DNA of 64,000 nt from a virus. Its lineage: Duplodnaviria; Caudoviricetes. The stretch spans positions 32,001-96,000 of the IMG/VR virus record IMGVR_UViG_3300021255_005861; one strand, written 5' to 3'. The translations under genes and the position numbers were made by a program. Below are positions 55,042-64,000 of this stretch, in pieces; within the stretch, counting starts at the first letter, position 1; the number at the start of each line of letters is the position of its first letter. The notes beneath the pieces are model-generated. The model was not told where the DNA came from and searched no databases. It was given only the letters and a program-made list of their open reading frames with translations.

Positions 55042-56064
55042 ATGGTTATCGCTGAAGACTACATCCCGTTCGACGGGTTCGAGTTCATAGACGACATCTC
55101 GAAGGTGAGCGAGTCCGCCCAGTCCGAGGTGGCGAACTCCAAGGGCACGATACTTGCCATCGTCAAGGGCAAGCACTTCTGCCCCGGCGGCGTGTCCCGC
55201 AACCACCGCCTCTACACCGAGGAATTGTGGAAGTCCGTCGGCGAGAACGACGAACTGAAGCACCGCATGGACGACAACCAGATGCTCGGTCGCATCGGCC
55301 ACGAGGCCGAGATGACCGACGAGGACATCGCCGACGGCAAGTTCTCCCACTACACGAGGAACATCAACTGGGAAACCGGCGAGGCCGAGGACGTCATCCT
55401 CAACACCCCGATGGGCAACACGCTCTACACGCTCCTCCGCTCGGGCGTCAAGCTCTATGTGAGCAGCCGTGCGGACGGCGACTACAACGGCAAGGACGAG
55501 GACGGCAACGACATCCTCGACCCCGAAACGTACAAGCTGGAACGCTTCGACTTCGTGCAGGATCCGGGCTTCCTCGAGGCCAAGCCCAAGATGATAACCG
55601 AGTCCGTCAAGAAGACCGAGGCGGCGCACGAGAAGCAGGCCGAGGCACTCTTGGACGTTGCCCGCAGGCTCGGCGCCCCCGTGGAACTCGACGACAGCGA
55701 GTACATCGTGGAGAGCATGGGTGCTGGCAAGGTGTCGCTCGGGGGCATGTCCGGCACGGAGGACTGCTCGCTCAACGACTTTACCGAGGTCACGGCTGAC
55801 ATCGCCGAGTCCATCGTCAAGTACGTGGACGGCCTGCGTAGGGAACTGGACGAGAGCAAGGACACGATAAAGATGCTCCGCTTCGCCAACAGCAACGGCC
55901 TGGACGAGGACTACGTGGAACGCAAGATAGGCGAAGGGGCCACCTACGAGAGCCTCGCCCACGAGAAGCCCAAGCCGAGGCAGTTCAAGATGGTCGAGGC
56001 CAAGATGGACGAACCCGCGGACAGCGGCGACGACGTGTCCTTTCTCAATACCATATTCGGATAG
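55042..56064 (+). CDS. prohead protease (T4 gp21-like)
   Basis: SRNHRLY, LGRIGH, ILNTPMG, VSSRADG, FDFVQDPG. Confidence 0.88.
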   Translation: MVIAEDYIPFDGFEFIDDISKVSESAQSEVANSKGTILAIVKGKHFCPGGVSRNHRLYTEELWKSVGENDELKHRMDDNQMLGRIGHEAEMTDEDIADGKFSHYTRNINWETGEAEDVILNTPMGNTLYTLLRSGVKLYVSSRADGDYNGKDEDGNDILDPETYKLERFDFVQDPGFLEAKPKMITESVKKTEAAHEKQAEALLDVARRLGAPVELDDSEYIVESMGAGKVSLGGMSGTEDCSLNDFTEVTADIAESIVKYVDGLRRELDESKDTIKMLRFANSNGLDEDYVERKIGEGATYESLAHEKPKPRQFKMVEAKMDEPADSGDDVSFLNTIFG

Positions 56065-56161
56065 CCAGGGGGTCGCGTCCAATGCGCCGCACCCCGTGGA
56101 CAATATTAGAGAGACCTACGGCCTACGCCTGTAGGTTTCTTGCTGTTTTGGGGGGGGTGTC

Positions 56162-57097
56162 ATGAACTACGGCTTTGTGGACATTTACAGGGACATACCG
56201 GTAGATGTGGTATTCGAGGTGAACTCCGCAAGGAAGGGCAAGGGTAAGATACCCCTGGACCGCCTCGTGGACATGCTCAAGGTGGAGTTCAACGTAAAGG
56301 GGTCGGCCACGGTGGCGGAGATATCCGCCATGACCGGTATGCATATCGGGGATACGTGGGCCGTGTCGGACAGCGGGACGCTCCCGAGCGGACTCGCACT
56401 GACCGCAGGCGACCTGGTGCGCTGGGACGGGAGCGAGTGGAAGCTCATACTCCACATCGACTTGAGCGCCTACGCCACGAAGCAGGAACTGGACACGGAA
56501 GCGTCCGCCCGCGTGGCTGGGGACGAGGAATTGGCCGGGTACATCTCGGAGCACCTGCAGGACAAGGACAACCCCCACGAGGTCACTGCAGGACAGGTAG
56601 GGGCGTACACCAAGTCTGAAACTGACGAGGCCATAGCGGAGGCGCTTTCGGGTGAGATCGGCGGATGGCTGGGCAACCTTACCGTGGCGGAGGTGAACGC
56701 CCTCACGACGCATAGGAAGGGCGACAGCGCCACGATGCTGGACTCGGGAATAGTTATGCCTGGCAACGTGTCCGTGAGCGTCGGCGACGACATCATGTGG
56801 GTGGACTCGCTCGGCGTGTGGCAGCCGAAGATATCCGACCGCTTGCACCACGACACAACACTCGTGGGCACGGGCAGTACGAACGACCCCATCGGCGTGA
56901 ACCCGCAGGAGGTGGTCACGTCGGGCAGCATCGCCAACTTCGTGGAACAGGAAAACGACTCCTCGGACACGTTGAACATAGTGACGTCGGTGACGGCGTC
57001 GAACGGTAAACTAAAGGTAAAGAACAAGTCCGATGTCGGACTGTACTTCATCGGAAGCGCACACAGGATGGGCTTCGGAACATACTGGGAAGGTTAA
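56162..57097 (+). CDS. tail fibre-associated structural protein
   Basis: GDLVRWDGSEW, DLSAYATK, NPHEVTAGQVG motifs typical of fibre proteins. Confidence 0.7.
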   Translation: MNYGFVDIYRDIPVDVVFEVNSARKGKGKIPLDRLVDMLKVEFNVKGSATVAEISAMTGMHIGDTWAVSDSGTLPSGLALTAGDLVRWDGSEWKLILHIDLSAYATKQELDTEASARVAGDEELAGYISEHLQDKDNPHEVTAGQVGAYTKSETDEAIAEALSGEIGGWLGNLTVAEVNALTTHRKGDSATMLDSGIVMPGNVSVSVGDDIMWVDSLGVWQPKISDRLHHDTTLVGTGSTNDPIGVNPQEVVTSGSIANFVEQENDSSDTLNIVTSVTASNGKLKVKNKSDVGLYFIGSAHRMGFGTYWEG

Positions 57098-57099
57098 TC

Positions 57100-59787
57100 A
57101 TGGCAGATACATACAGGCCCTACGTAGCGGAACTCGCGGACAAGCGCGGATACATCCACCCGATACATGCGAAGCAACTCGCGGAGGAACGCACCGTCAC
57201 GATGACGGGTGACGTGACGGGTACGGCGAACTGGGACTTCGGGGAGCCCGCGAGCGCATCGCAGGCGTCCGAGTCCATGGCCCTCAGCATCGGCGAGCAG
57301 AAGGTCACGACGCCCAAGCTGGCCGACGGGTCGGTAACCACTCCCAAGGTGGCCGACGACGCCGTGACGCTTGCGAAGATAGACGACAACGCGATGAACG
57401 GCACGGTGCAGGACAACGACTCCAAGCTGGCGACGCACGCCGCGGTCAAGACGTACGTGGACGCGCAGATAAGCGGGCAGGGCACGTACCTCGGCAAGAA
57501 GACCGTGGCCGAGGTCAACGCGATGGTGACGGCGAACCTGCACAACGGTGACCGCGTGCAGATGGCCGACGCGGGCACCATCAACCTCGGTCCGGGTGGC
57601 GTCGGGTTCGACGTGGTGGCGGGCGAGGACCTTATCCTGTACAAGTCCGGGAGCACGGTGCAGTGGGACACGATGGACGGGGACTTCAAGACGAAGCAGA
57701 CGCCCGTGTCCGACCCCGCGGCGGACGGCACGACCATAACCGCCATCGACACGGTATCGCAGAACGCAAACGGCGAGATAACGGCAACCAAGAAGACGAT
57801 ACGTACCGGCAACGGGTCGAATATCGGCGTGGTCAAGCTGTCAGACTCCACCAGTTCCACGTCCGGCGTGAGCGGTGGCGTGGCGGCCACTCCCGCCGCT
57901 GTAAAGGCGGCCTACGACCTGGCGTCGAACAAGAAGGACAAGCAGACCGCCATCGACACGGACACGTCGTCGGGGTCGGGCAAGGGCGGGACTACGCGCA
58001 CGCTGACGCGCCTGCAGCAAGATGCGAACGGCGTCATCACGCCTACGTTCGCTGACATACCCACGGCCTCGGAGCAGACGAAGGGCCTGATGGGAACTGC
58101 CGAGTACACGAAACTGTCCGGGATAGCCGAGGGTGCTGAAGTCAACCAGAACGCCTTCGGCAACGTGAAGGTCGGGAGTGCCACTATAGCGGCTGACTCG
58201 AAGACGGACACGCTGGAGATAGCGGGCGGTACGGGTATAGACGCAGTCGGGGATACGACCAACGACAAGGTGACGCTGTCTCTGAACTCGGCAACGCAGG
58301 CGTCGCTCGGAAAGGCCGATAGTGCCGTGCAGGACGTGACCGTTGACGGGGTCAGCGTGGTCAACTCGTCCACGAAGGTAGCGGCAGTGCCGAACGCCAG
58401 CACTAGCGCGAAGGGCGCGGTGCAGTTGGCGGGTAGCATCGGGGCGACCGTAGCCTCCGAGAACAACAAGGCCGCGACGGAGAAGGCGGTAAGGGATGCC
58501 ATCAACGCTCTCGATGCCGAAGTGACAAGTAATGACGGCACGAACGTTCAGGTCAAGGTGACGGAGGCCGACGGCAAGATAAGCGCGGTCAATGTCACGA
58601 CGGACAACACCGAGAACAAAAACAACAAGGTGTCCTCGTGGCAGACGACGCCGGACAACACGCACTACCCGAGCGAGAAACTCGTCAAGGACGAGCTGGA
58701 TGCGAAGGCGGATGCGGATAGTGTTGTGGCGATTGCTGACGCATCTGTATTACGTCGCGGACAGGTCGGTCAAGGGTGGTACAAACTCGCAGAAACTACA
58801 ACTCCCCGTGCTAACTACAATATAAACTCGGTTTTTGACGTAGTTGCATCAACGTCTAATTGCGGTGAACTTCGAGGTTCTTTCGTGATGAGCGTTCGGT
58901 ACGAAGGCACCGGCGTAGTCAATGTATTTACGAAATCATTGTTCAGCGATGACTGGTCTTCTGATTATCCTATTAAGATTGTTACTACTAAAGTATCTAG
59001 CACTGTGCTTAAAGTGGAACTGTTTTTCGGTGTTAATCCGAGTAATACGACTACCGCCGTATACTCAGGAATAAGCCTCTCCGAACAAAATGCGGGAAAC
59101 TACGGCGGCGTCAATAAAAAGAATGCTTGGACTTACACGAGTTACACGGATGTTGCGGGCTCTGCCTCTCCAGAGCCCGACCCTACATCGGACAAGGAAG
59201 TCGTAGACGTTGACATTGTGGCTCGCCAGCACGCCATCGCCTCCCCGACGAACAACAACCTCGTGGCGATGGACGAGAGCGGACTAGTCAAGGACAGCGG
59301 GCTCACGAAGTCGTCCGTGGAGAGCGCCATCACGTCCGCAGGAACCGCCATACAGGGCGTGAAGGTCAACAACACCACGCTCACGCCGGACGCGAACAAG
59401 GTGGTGACGGTGCCGCTGGCCACGACGAGCGCGGACGGCGCGATGAGCGCTGCGGACAAGACGAAACTGAACAATGCCGCTACGTACACGCAGAGCAGCG
59501 GTACAGCGCCCGTCAAGGTGGACGCGTATGGCGCTTTGACTGCAGTCCCGATGGACAGCACTCCCACCGCGTCGTCTACCAACCTAATGACGAGTGGAGA
59601 CATCAAGACCGCGCTGGACGAGGCCATTGCCACTAGCCTGACCGATGTGGAATACGTGGCCGCACAGAGTGGCGGTGGCGGCAACCTCAACAAGACGAAG
59701 AACGGCACCACGACATCCGTGCTGTCCTTCATGACAACCGCCGAGGCCACCTCCCTGTGGCAGTCCGCGTGGGCTGCCGCCAACTAA
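57100..59787 (+). CDS. tail fibre protein
   Basis: VTTPKLADGSVT repeats, GVVKLSDS..AATPAAVKAAYD, GAMSAADKTKL. Confidence 0.8.
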   Translation: MADTYRPYVAELADKRGYIHPIHAKQLAEERTVTMTGDVTGTANWDFGEPASASQASESMALSIGEQKVTTPKLADGSVTTPKVADDAVTLAKIDDNAMNGTVQDNDSKLATHAAVKTYVDAQISGQGTYLGKKTVAEVNAMVTANLHNGDRVQMADAGTINLGPGGVGFDVVAGEDLILYKSGSTVQWDTMDGDFKTKQTPVSDPAADGTTITAIDTVSQNANGEITATKKTIRTGNGSNIGVVKLSDSTSSTSGVSGGVAATPAAVKAAYDLASNKKDKQTAIDTDTSSGSGKGGTTRTLTRLQQDANGVITPTFADIPTASEQTKGLMGTAEYTKLSGIAEGAEVNQNAFGNVKVGSATIAADSKTDTLEIAGGTGIDAVGDTTNDKVTLSLNSATQASLGKADSAVQDVTVDGVSVVNSSTKVAAVPNASTSAKGAVQLAGSIGATVASENNKAATEKAVRDAINALDAEVTSNDGTNVQVKVTEADGKISAVNVTTDNTENKNNKVSSWQTTPDNTHYPSEKLVKDELDAKADADSVVAIADASVLRRGQVGQGWYKLAETTTPRANYNINSVFDVVASTSNCGELRGSFVMSVRYEGTGVVNVFTKSLFSDDWSSDYPIKIVTTKVSSTVLKVELFFGVNPSNTTTAVYSGISLSEQNAGNYGGVNKKNAWTYTSYTDVAGSASPEPDPTSDKEVVDVDIVARQHAIASPTNNNLVAMDESGLVKDSGLTKSSVESAITSAGTAIQGVKVNNTTLTPDANKVVTVPLATTSADGAMSAADKTKLNNAATYTQSSGTAPVKVDAYGALTAVPMDSTPTASSTNLMTSGDIKTALDEAIATSLTDVEYVAAQSGGGGNLNKTKNGTTTSVLSFMTTAEATSLWQSAWAAAN

Positions 59788-59805
59788 CTATAAGGAATAA
59801 CTACT

Positions 59806-61848
59806 ATGGCTGAATCATACGACGAAAAGGGGATACTTGGAAAGGAACTTAAGTCCATCCTTACCGGAGTGGCCTCCGAGATAAAGAAGAAACTGGACAT
59901 CGACGACGTAGAGACCGTGGACGGAACAGCCACCTTCGACGCCGAGAACCACCGCCTAATCTTCAACAACATCATCTTCGACTCCATCTACCCGGTCGTA
60001 GGCAAGTACGGCCTCGCCGTGTTCCCCGAAACCACCAACGACCCCGACGCCACCGAGTCCGCGGGCGACCCCGAGTGGCTCCTGGACTGGCGCCCCTACC
60101 TCGTGGACATGTCCGCTGTCGCCGGCGAGACCGCCAAGACCCCCGTCGCCTCCCTCCAGCGCGACAACTGGCTCCGCTCCGTGGACGGCTCCTTCGCCCC
60201 CGTCTGCGGCGTCAAGTCCACCCAGGCGAACGCCCTGAACAACCTCGCCGCTTCCCTCTACTGGGACTCCGCCAAGACGAACCTCGTCACCGCCATCTGC
60301 CCCGGCGCGTACGACGCCTCGGGCAACTTCCAGGCCGAGTACTTCTGGAACTACGTCAAGGACAACCTCTCCACGGTCAACGCCAAGGCGGGCATAACCT
60401 ATTCCTGCCCGATAGAGGTCAAGCTGTACAGCGGGTTGGCTACGTACGAGTACGGGGCGTACACCGACTACCACATCCCCGCCCCGTGGGAAACGACCGA
60501 GACCAAATACTCCGTGTTCGTCGGGCGCGCCTCCGACGTGTACGTCGTGGACGGCTACTCCGAGACCACGGGCGAGCACATGCGCGGGCTCGCCGCCAAG
60601 GCCGTCCCCGTGGGCAGCGAGGGCTTCGACCCCGAGTTCTACCGCCTGCGCCGCACCGGCATCTCCCCCGGACCCTCCACCACGGTAGGGAACAAGGTGC
60701 GCAACTTCTTCTACAACTACAAGGGCGTGGACTCCAACATGGCGGGACACAACGGGACCGCCTCCACCGGCATATTCTACAACAACGGCACGTATCCCCG
60801 CACCGTAGACGCCAGCCAGTACAGCACGGCCTCGTGGTCGCGCGCGTGCAACTCCGGGGGAAGCTCCGGGAACGCCGTGCCGGTGGGCGAGATGGGCTAC
60901 CACGCCCTGAACGCCTTCCTGTGCTCCCTGGAGGCGGCGTACGGCACCCGCAACCTGTGGGATGCCAACCGCTTCAGCGAGGGCGTGAGCGCCAACTTCT
61001 CCGCCTCCGCGGCCAACGGTGGCGTCAGCGTCGACGGCACGTGGAAGAAGTGGGATACCTTCGAGTCCACGCTCGGCGTGTCCGGCAACTACTCCACGAC
61101 CATAAACAACCAGTACGCCAAGTTCCAGTGCATGGAACCCCAGATTGCCGCCTCCCTCGCCACCGAGATGGGGATTTCCGCCGGCACGTCGTTCCACTGG
61201 AACGGCGGAGACTGGCACTTCGAGGTGCCCTCGAACCTGGGCACCGTGAAGACACTGGGAGGAGGGGCGATGAACTGCCGCATGTACAAGCTCACCGACG
61301 CCAAGACGGTGAACGGCCATACGGTCAGGTGCAACCTGGTGTGCGCACTGGCCGAGGGCGTGAACCCCGTCGGCGACATCTGGTGGTACGTGGGCGGCGG
61401 TGCCGAACTAGTGTACCTCACCGACGGCACCGGGAACACCAACTACAAGGCATTCTTCTACCTGGAACCGGACCAGGCGAAGTGGGTGAATACCAGCACC
61501 ACCGAGAAGATTACCTCGGGGACATTCGCCTTCGAGTCGTCGTATAGGAAACTGCTCGACGCAAGCACCGCGGGTGGACTGGGAAACACGTACTGCCTGG
61601 CAAGGACCGGGTACACGCCCGTCAGGAGGGTGCCCGGAGGCGCGAACAACACCGGCGAATGCACCTATCAGTACAGGCAGATTGACGACGACGCCAAGGG
61701 TTCCGCGGGGATACGTTCCCGGCGCAGGATGATGTTCCGTGGCCGTGCGGCTTACTCGTTCTGCTCGCCCCGCTACCTCAACTCCGGTGGCCGCCCGTCC
61801 CTCGCCAGCGTCAACCTCGGTTGCGCTGCCCAGGTTCTCCTTGCATAG
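59806..61848 (+). CDS. DGR target protein (putative receptor-binding protein with C-terminal CLec-like VR)
   Basis: C-terminal 39 codons match TR; follows the tail fibre gene. Confidence 0.88.
   Translation: MAESYDEKGILGKELKSILTGVASEIKKKLDIDDVETVDGTATFDAENHRLIFNNIIFDSIYPVVGKYGLAVFPETTNDPDATESAGDPEWLLDWRPYLVDMSAVAGETAKTPVASLQRDNWLRSVDGSFAPVCGVKSTQANALNNLAASLYWDSAKTNLVTAICPGAYDASGNFQAEYFWNYVKDNLSTVNAKAGITYSCPIEVKLYSGLATYEYGAYTDYHIPAPWETTETKYSVFVGRASDVYVVDGYSETTGEHMRGLAAKAVPVGSEGFDPEFYRLRRTGISPGPSTTVGNKVRNFFYNYKGVDSNMAGHNGTASTGIFYNNGTYPRTVDASQYSTASWSRACNSGGSSGNAVPVGEMGYHALNAFLCSLEAAYGTRNLWDANRFSEGVSANFSASAANGGVSVDGTWKKWDTFESTLGVSGNYSTTINNQYAKFQCMEPQIAASLATEMGISAGTSFHWNGGDWHFEVPSNLGTVKTLGGGAMNCRMYKLTDAKTVNGHTVRCNLVCALAEGVNPVGDIWWYVGGGAELVYLTDGTGNTNYKAFFYLEPDQAKWVNTSTTEKITSGTFAFESSYRKLLDASTAGGLGNTYCLARTGYTPVRRVPGGANNTGECTYQYRQIDDDAKGSAGIRSRRRMMFRGRAAYSFCSPRYLNSGGRPSLASVNLGCAAQVLLA
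61718..61834 (+). repeat. DGR variable repeat (VR)
   Basis: 117 bp; 10 mismatches to TR, all opposite TR adenines. Confidence 0.95.
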
Positions 61849-61857
61849 GGGGACACC

Positions 61858-61907
61858 CGGCGCGCAGCGCCGCACGCAGTGCGGCCAACGGCACGGCGCA
61901 GCCGTGC
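61858..61907 (+). promoter_or_regulatory. three GCA-loop hairpins downstream of VR (homing signal)
   Basis: CGGCGC-GCA-GCGCCG, GCCGCAC-GCA-GTGCGGC, GCACGGC-GCA-GCCGTGC. Confidence 0.75.
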
Positions 61908-62053
61908 GTAACGTACAAACTATCAAGGAGGTGCTCCGTATAAACTAACACGGGTCGGACTGCCGACCCCGGTACGGCGGACAGGCGAGCGAACGCAGCA
62001 TCAGGACCGCGTCTACGAACCCGAACTACGCCGTAACGAACGGGACCGACGGA

Positions 62054-62170
62054 CCCGGCGCAGGATGATGTTCCGTGGCAATGCGGCTAACACGAACTGC
62101 TCGCCCCGCTACCTCAACTCCGATAACCGCCCGTCCCTCGCCAGCGTCAACCTCGGTTGCGCTGCACAGG
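62054..62170 (+). repeat. DGR template repeat (TR)
   Basis: AAT/AAC-containing copy of VR in an intergenic position. Confidence 0.95.
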
Positions 62171-62323
62171 CTAGGCTAGACTCGAGCAATGCAGAAACTA
62201 CGCACGGTCCCGTGCCCAAGAGAGGCGAACATAAAGTACAAGGTCCCGGAAGGCGAGAGCCCGAAGAGGGGACCGACCGGCACCGCCGGTCACGCTGCCC
62301 AAACCTGGGCGGCGAGTCATCAA

Positions 62324-62347
62324 GCCCGGAAACTACCGGGCGTTTTT
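62324..62347 (+). terminator. putative terminator of the TR RNA
   Basis: GCCCGG-AAACTA-CCGGGC-GTTTTT; the RT stop codon lies in its loop. Confidence 0.6.
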
Positions 62348-63688
62348 CATCCCGTCCGGCAGCGCCAGGTTTCCCCGTGCACAGTACAGCTCGCGGTTAG
62401 TAGTGCCTTTGAACATGTAGCCCATAGAGTTCTCGAGTTCGCAGCCTTCTATCGGCAGCACGTCCTCGCCCGCCGCTATCAAGGCCTTGACGCGGGCGAG
62501 GAACTCCACGACGGCGGGTGCTTCCGTCTTGGCCGTGTAGCGCAGTTCCCTTCCCGTGGGCTGTCCGTCCACATACTCGGGCACGCCGACGAGCAGGCGC
62601 ACCCAGTTCGGCGTTTCCTTCCCGTCCTTGCCCTTCGCGTAGCGTAGCGAGAAGTCGTACAGGTTGAACGGGGCTCGGGCGAGTTCCTTGATGGCGATGG
62701 GTTCCGCGTCGAAGGCACGGTCTATCTTTATCTTTTCCGTGAGTTTCGCGAAGTTCATCCTTTCCTCTATAGATTTCATCGTGTCGTAGGAGTCCGTGTG
62801 CCGCAATATACCAAAGTACGACGCCCACGACTTGTCGGACCTGCAGGCGCGGGCGCGTTTGAGGATGTTGCGCCGTACCCGCGTGTACTTGCCTTCCCGG
62901 TATACTACGAGCCCGCAGAAGGACACGGGGCACCTGTCCATGTCCACAATGGCGGGGTTGCGCTTGGCGAGCACGCCGTACTCGTACCACCAGAAGTTCT
63001 TGATGCGCCACTTGGCGGCATTCGCCTCCTCCCTTGTGCGGAAGAACAGGATAATGTCGTCGGCGTAGCGGAACTTGGGGCCGGGGACTGACCCGAGCCA
63101 GCGGTCGAAGGCGAGCATGATGATGTGGTGGGCGAGCGGGGACGTGGGCGTGCCTATCGGGAACGAGTTCACGTGGAACGTGACGGCGACGCCGAAGTCC
63201 ACGAGTTCCGGGTCGTCCGTGAGGGACTTGAGGGCGCGACGAAATAGCCTCCTCGTCATGTGGCCGTAGCAGTGGCGCTGGTCGATGTGCAGGGCGTAAT
63301 GCAGGTCGGTGCGGGAGTAGACGACGGACTTGAGGCGGTGGGCGAGGGAGGTGTCCGGGTTGCGGGCGTGGATGCCGTAGCCCTTCTTGCAGTTGAAGGC
63401 GACGTGAGGGTCCATCTTGCCGTATAGTGGCTGGACTAGAAGGATGAACAAATGCTGCAGGACTCTCGTGAAGAGCGACGGCTGCTCTATGTGGCGTTGT
63501 TTGCCGTTCGAGTTGGTGGTGTCGAACTCGCGGTAGGACAGGGGGTAGTCGCGGAGGGTTACGGCTCGGGCTACGGCCAGGGCGTAGTCGTTGGGAGAGT
63601 CGAGCATGGCACGCACCTCCGCCCTGCGGGAGTGGCCGCGGGCGGCGTTCTGCATGGCCAGTAAAATTTGTTCGAAAGAAACCTGCAT
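62333..63688 (-). CDS. DGR reverse transcriptase with ~135-aa C-terminal extension
   Basis: GKQRHI, RVLQH, KKGYG, PIGTPTSP, FRYADD, SFCG, SYFG. Confidence 0.92.
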   Translation of the reverse strand: MQVSFEQILLAMQNAARGHSRRAEVRAMLDSPNDYALAVARAVTLRDYPLSYREFDTTNSNGKQRHIEQPSLFTRVLQHLFILLVQPLYGKMDPHVAFNCKKGYGIHARNPDTSLAHRLKSVVYSRTDLHYALHIDQRHCYGHMTRRLFRRALKSLTDDPELVDFGVAVTFHVNSFPIGTPTSPLAHHIIMLAFDRWLGSVPGPKFRYADDIILFFRTREEANAAKWRIKNFWWYEYGVLAKRNPAIVDMDRCPVSFCGLVVYREGKYTRVRRNILKRARACRSDKSWASYFGILRHTDSYDTMKSIEERMNFAKLTEKIKIDRAFDAEPIAIKELARAPFNLYDFSLRYAKGKDGKETPNWVRLLVGVPEYVDGQPTGRELRYTAKTEAPAVVEFLARVKALIAAGEDVLPIEGCELENSMGYMFKGTTNRELYCARGNLALPDGMKNAR

Positions 63689-64000
63689 CTAGGAAATCCG
63701 TTGCGTTTGAACTATATTGTATAGTAAAAAGGAAAGGTACGCATGGTAGAGATACGCGAGGTACAGTACAGGAAGGACGGCATACTGCACGTCCTCACGT
63801 TGCCGGGAGCAGTGCGCATAGAGGACATGGACGCGGATACGGTGGACGTGGAGCGTTGCATGGTCGAGGTGCTGGACTACCTTCGCCGCGAGTGCGTAAT
63901 TACGAGGAAGTAGAAGATGGCTACAGAGTACATATACGAACTGGGCGACAGCTTGAGCACCGGGGCATCGAGCAACGGTCCGCATGTCAAGGTAATAGCT

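Noticed and set aside
25237-61320. Long antisense ORFs (e.g. 25237-26874, 31843-33345, 33681-35012, 59956-61320)
   Set aside because: Shadow frames of strongly codon-biased plus-strand genes.
62065-62400. 111-aa ORF spanning TR as a second DGR target
   Set aside because: It is the TR itself (unmutated AAY codons), has no clear RBS, and runs through the hairpin-rich spacer.
1-64000. Stop-codon reassignment
   Set aside because: Core genes are intact in code 11, and TAA, TAG and TGA all end genes.

Overview
64 kb segment of a large tailed dsDNA phage with a T4-like head module (gp23-like major capsid, gp21-like prohead protease, putative scaffold, terminase large subunit carrying a mini-intein). 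Two Fib_succ_major-like proteins hint at a Fibrobacter-type host. Positions ~2.3-20.8 kb hold about 45 small minus-strand genes (including a CoaE-like kinase and ASCH, DUF551- and DUF4314-like proteins), several behind a repeated CTTACA-N26-TATATT promoter. From ~20.9 kb onward the genes are mostly on the plus strand. Main observations: (1) a complete diversity-generating retroelement at 59.8-63.7 kb, with 117-bp TR/VR differing at 10 positions that are all TR adenines, an RT on the opposite strand to TR, no avd, a TR RNA with its own terminator and three GCA-loop hairpins; (2) about 16 otherwise unrelated, mostly acidic proteins sharing an M-x-I-x-V-x-E tag and ES(K/R)KxE linkers, suggesting a capsid-loaded, protease-processed, shuffleable cargo system; (3) two promoter-driven non-coding regions dense in RNA-type hairpins (~0.9-1.2 kb and ~46.8-47.8 kb, the latter with an attenuator-like switch); (4) a 7 x ~33-bp iteron-like array; (5) three TnpB elements plus an ORF-less omegaRNA-like scaffold. 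All family calls are by eye from motifs; no database searches were run.
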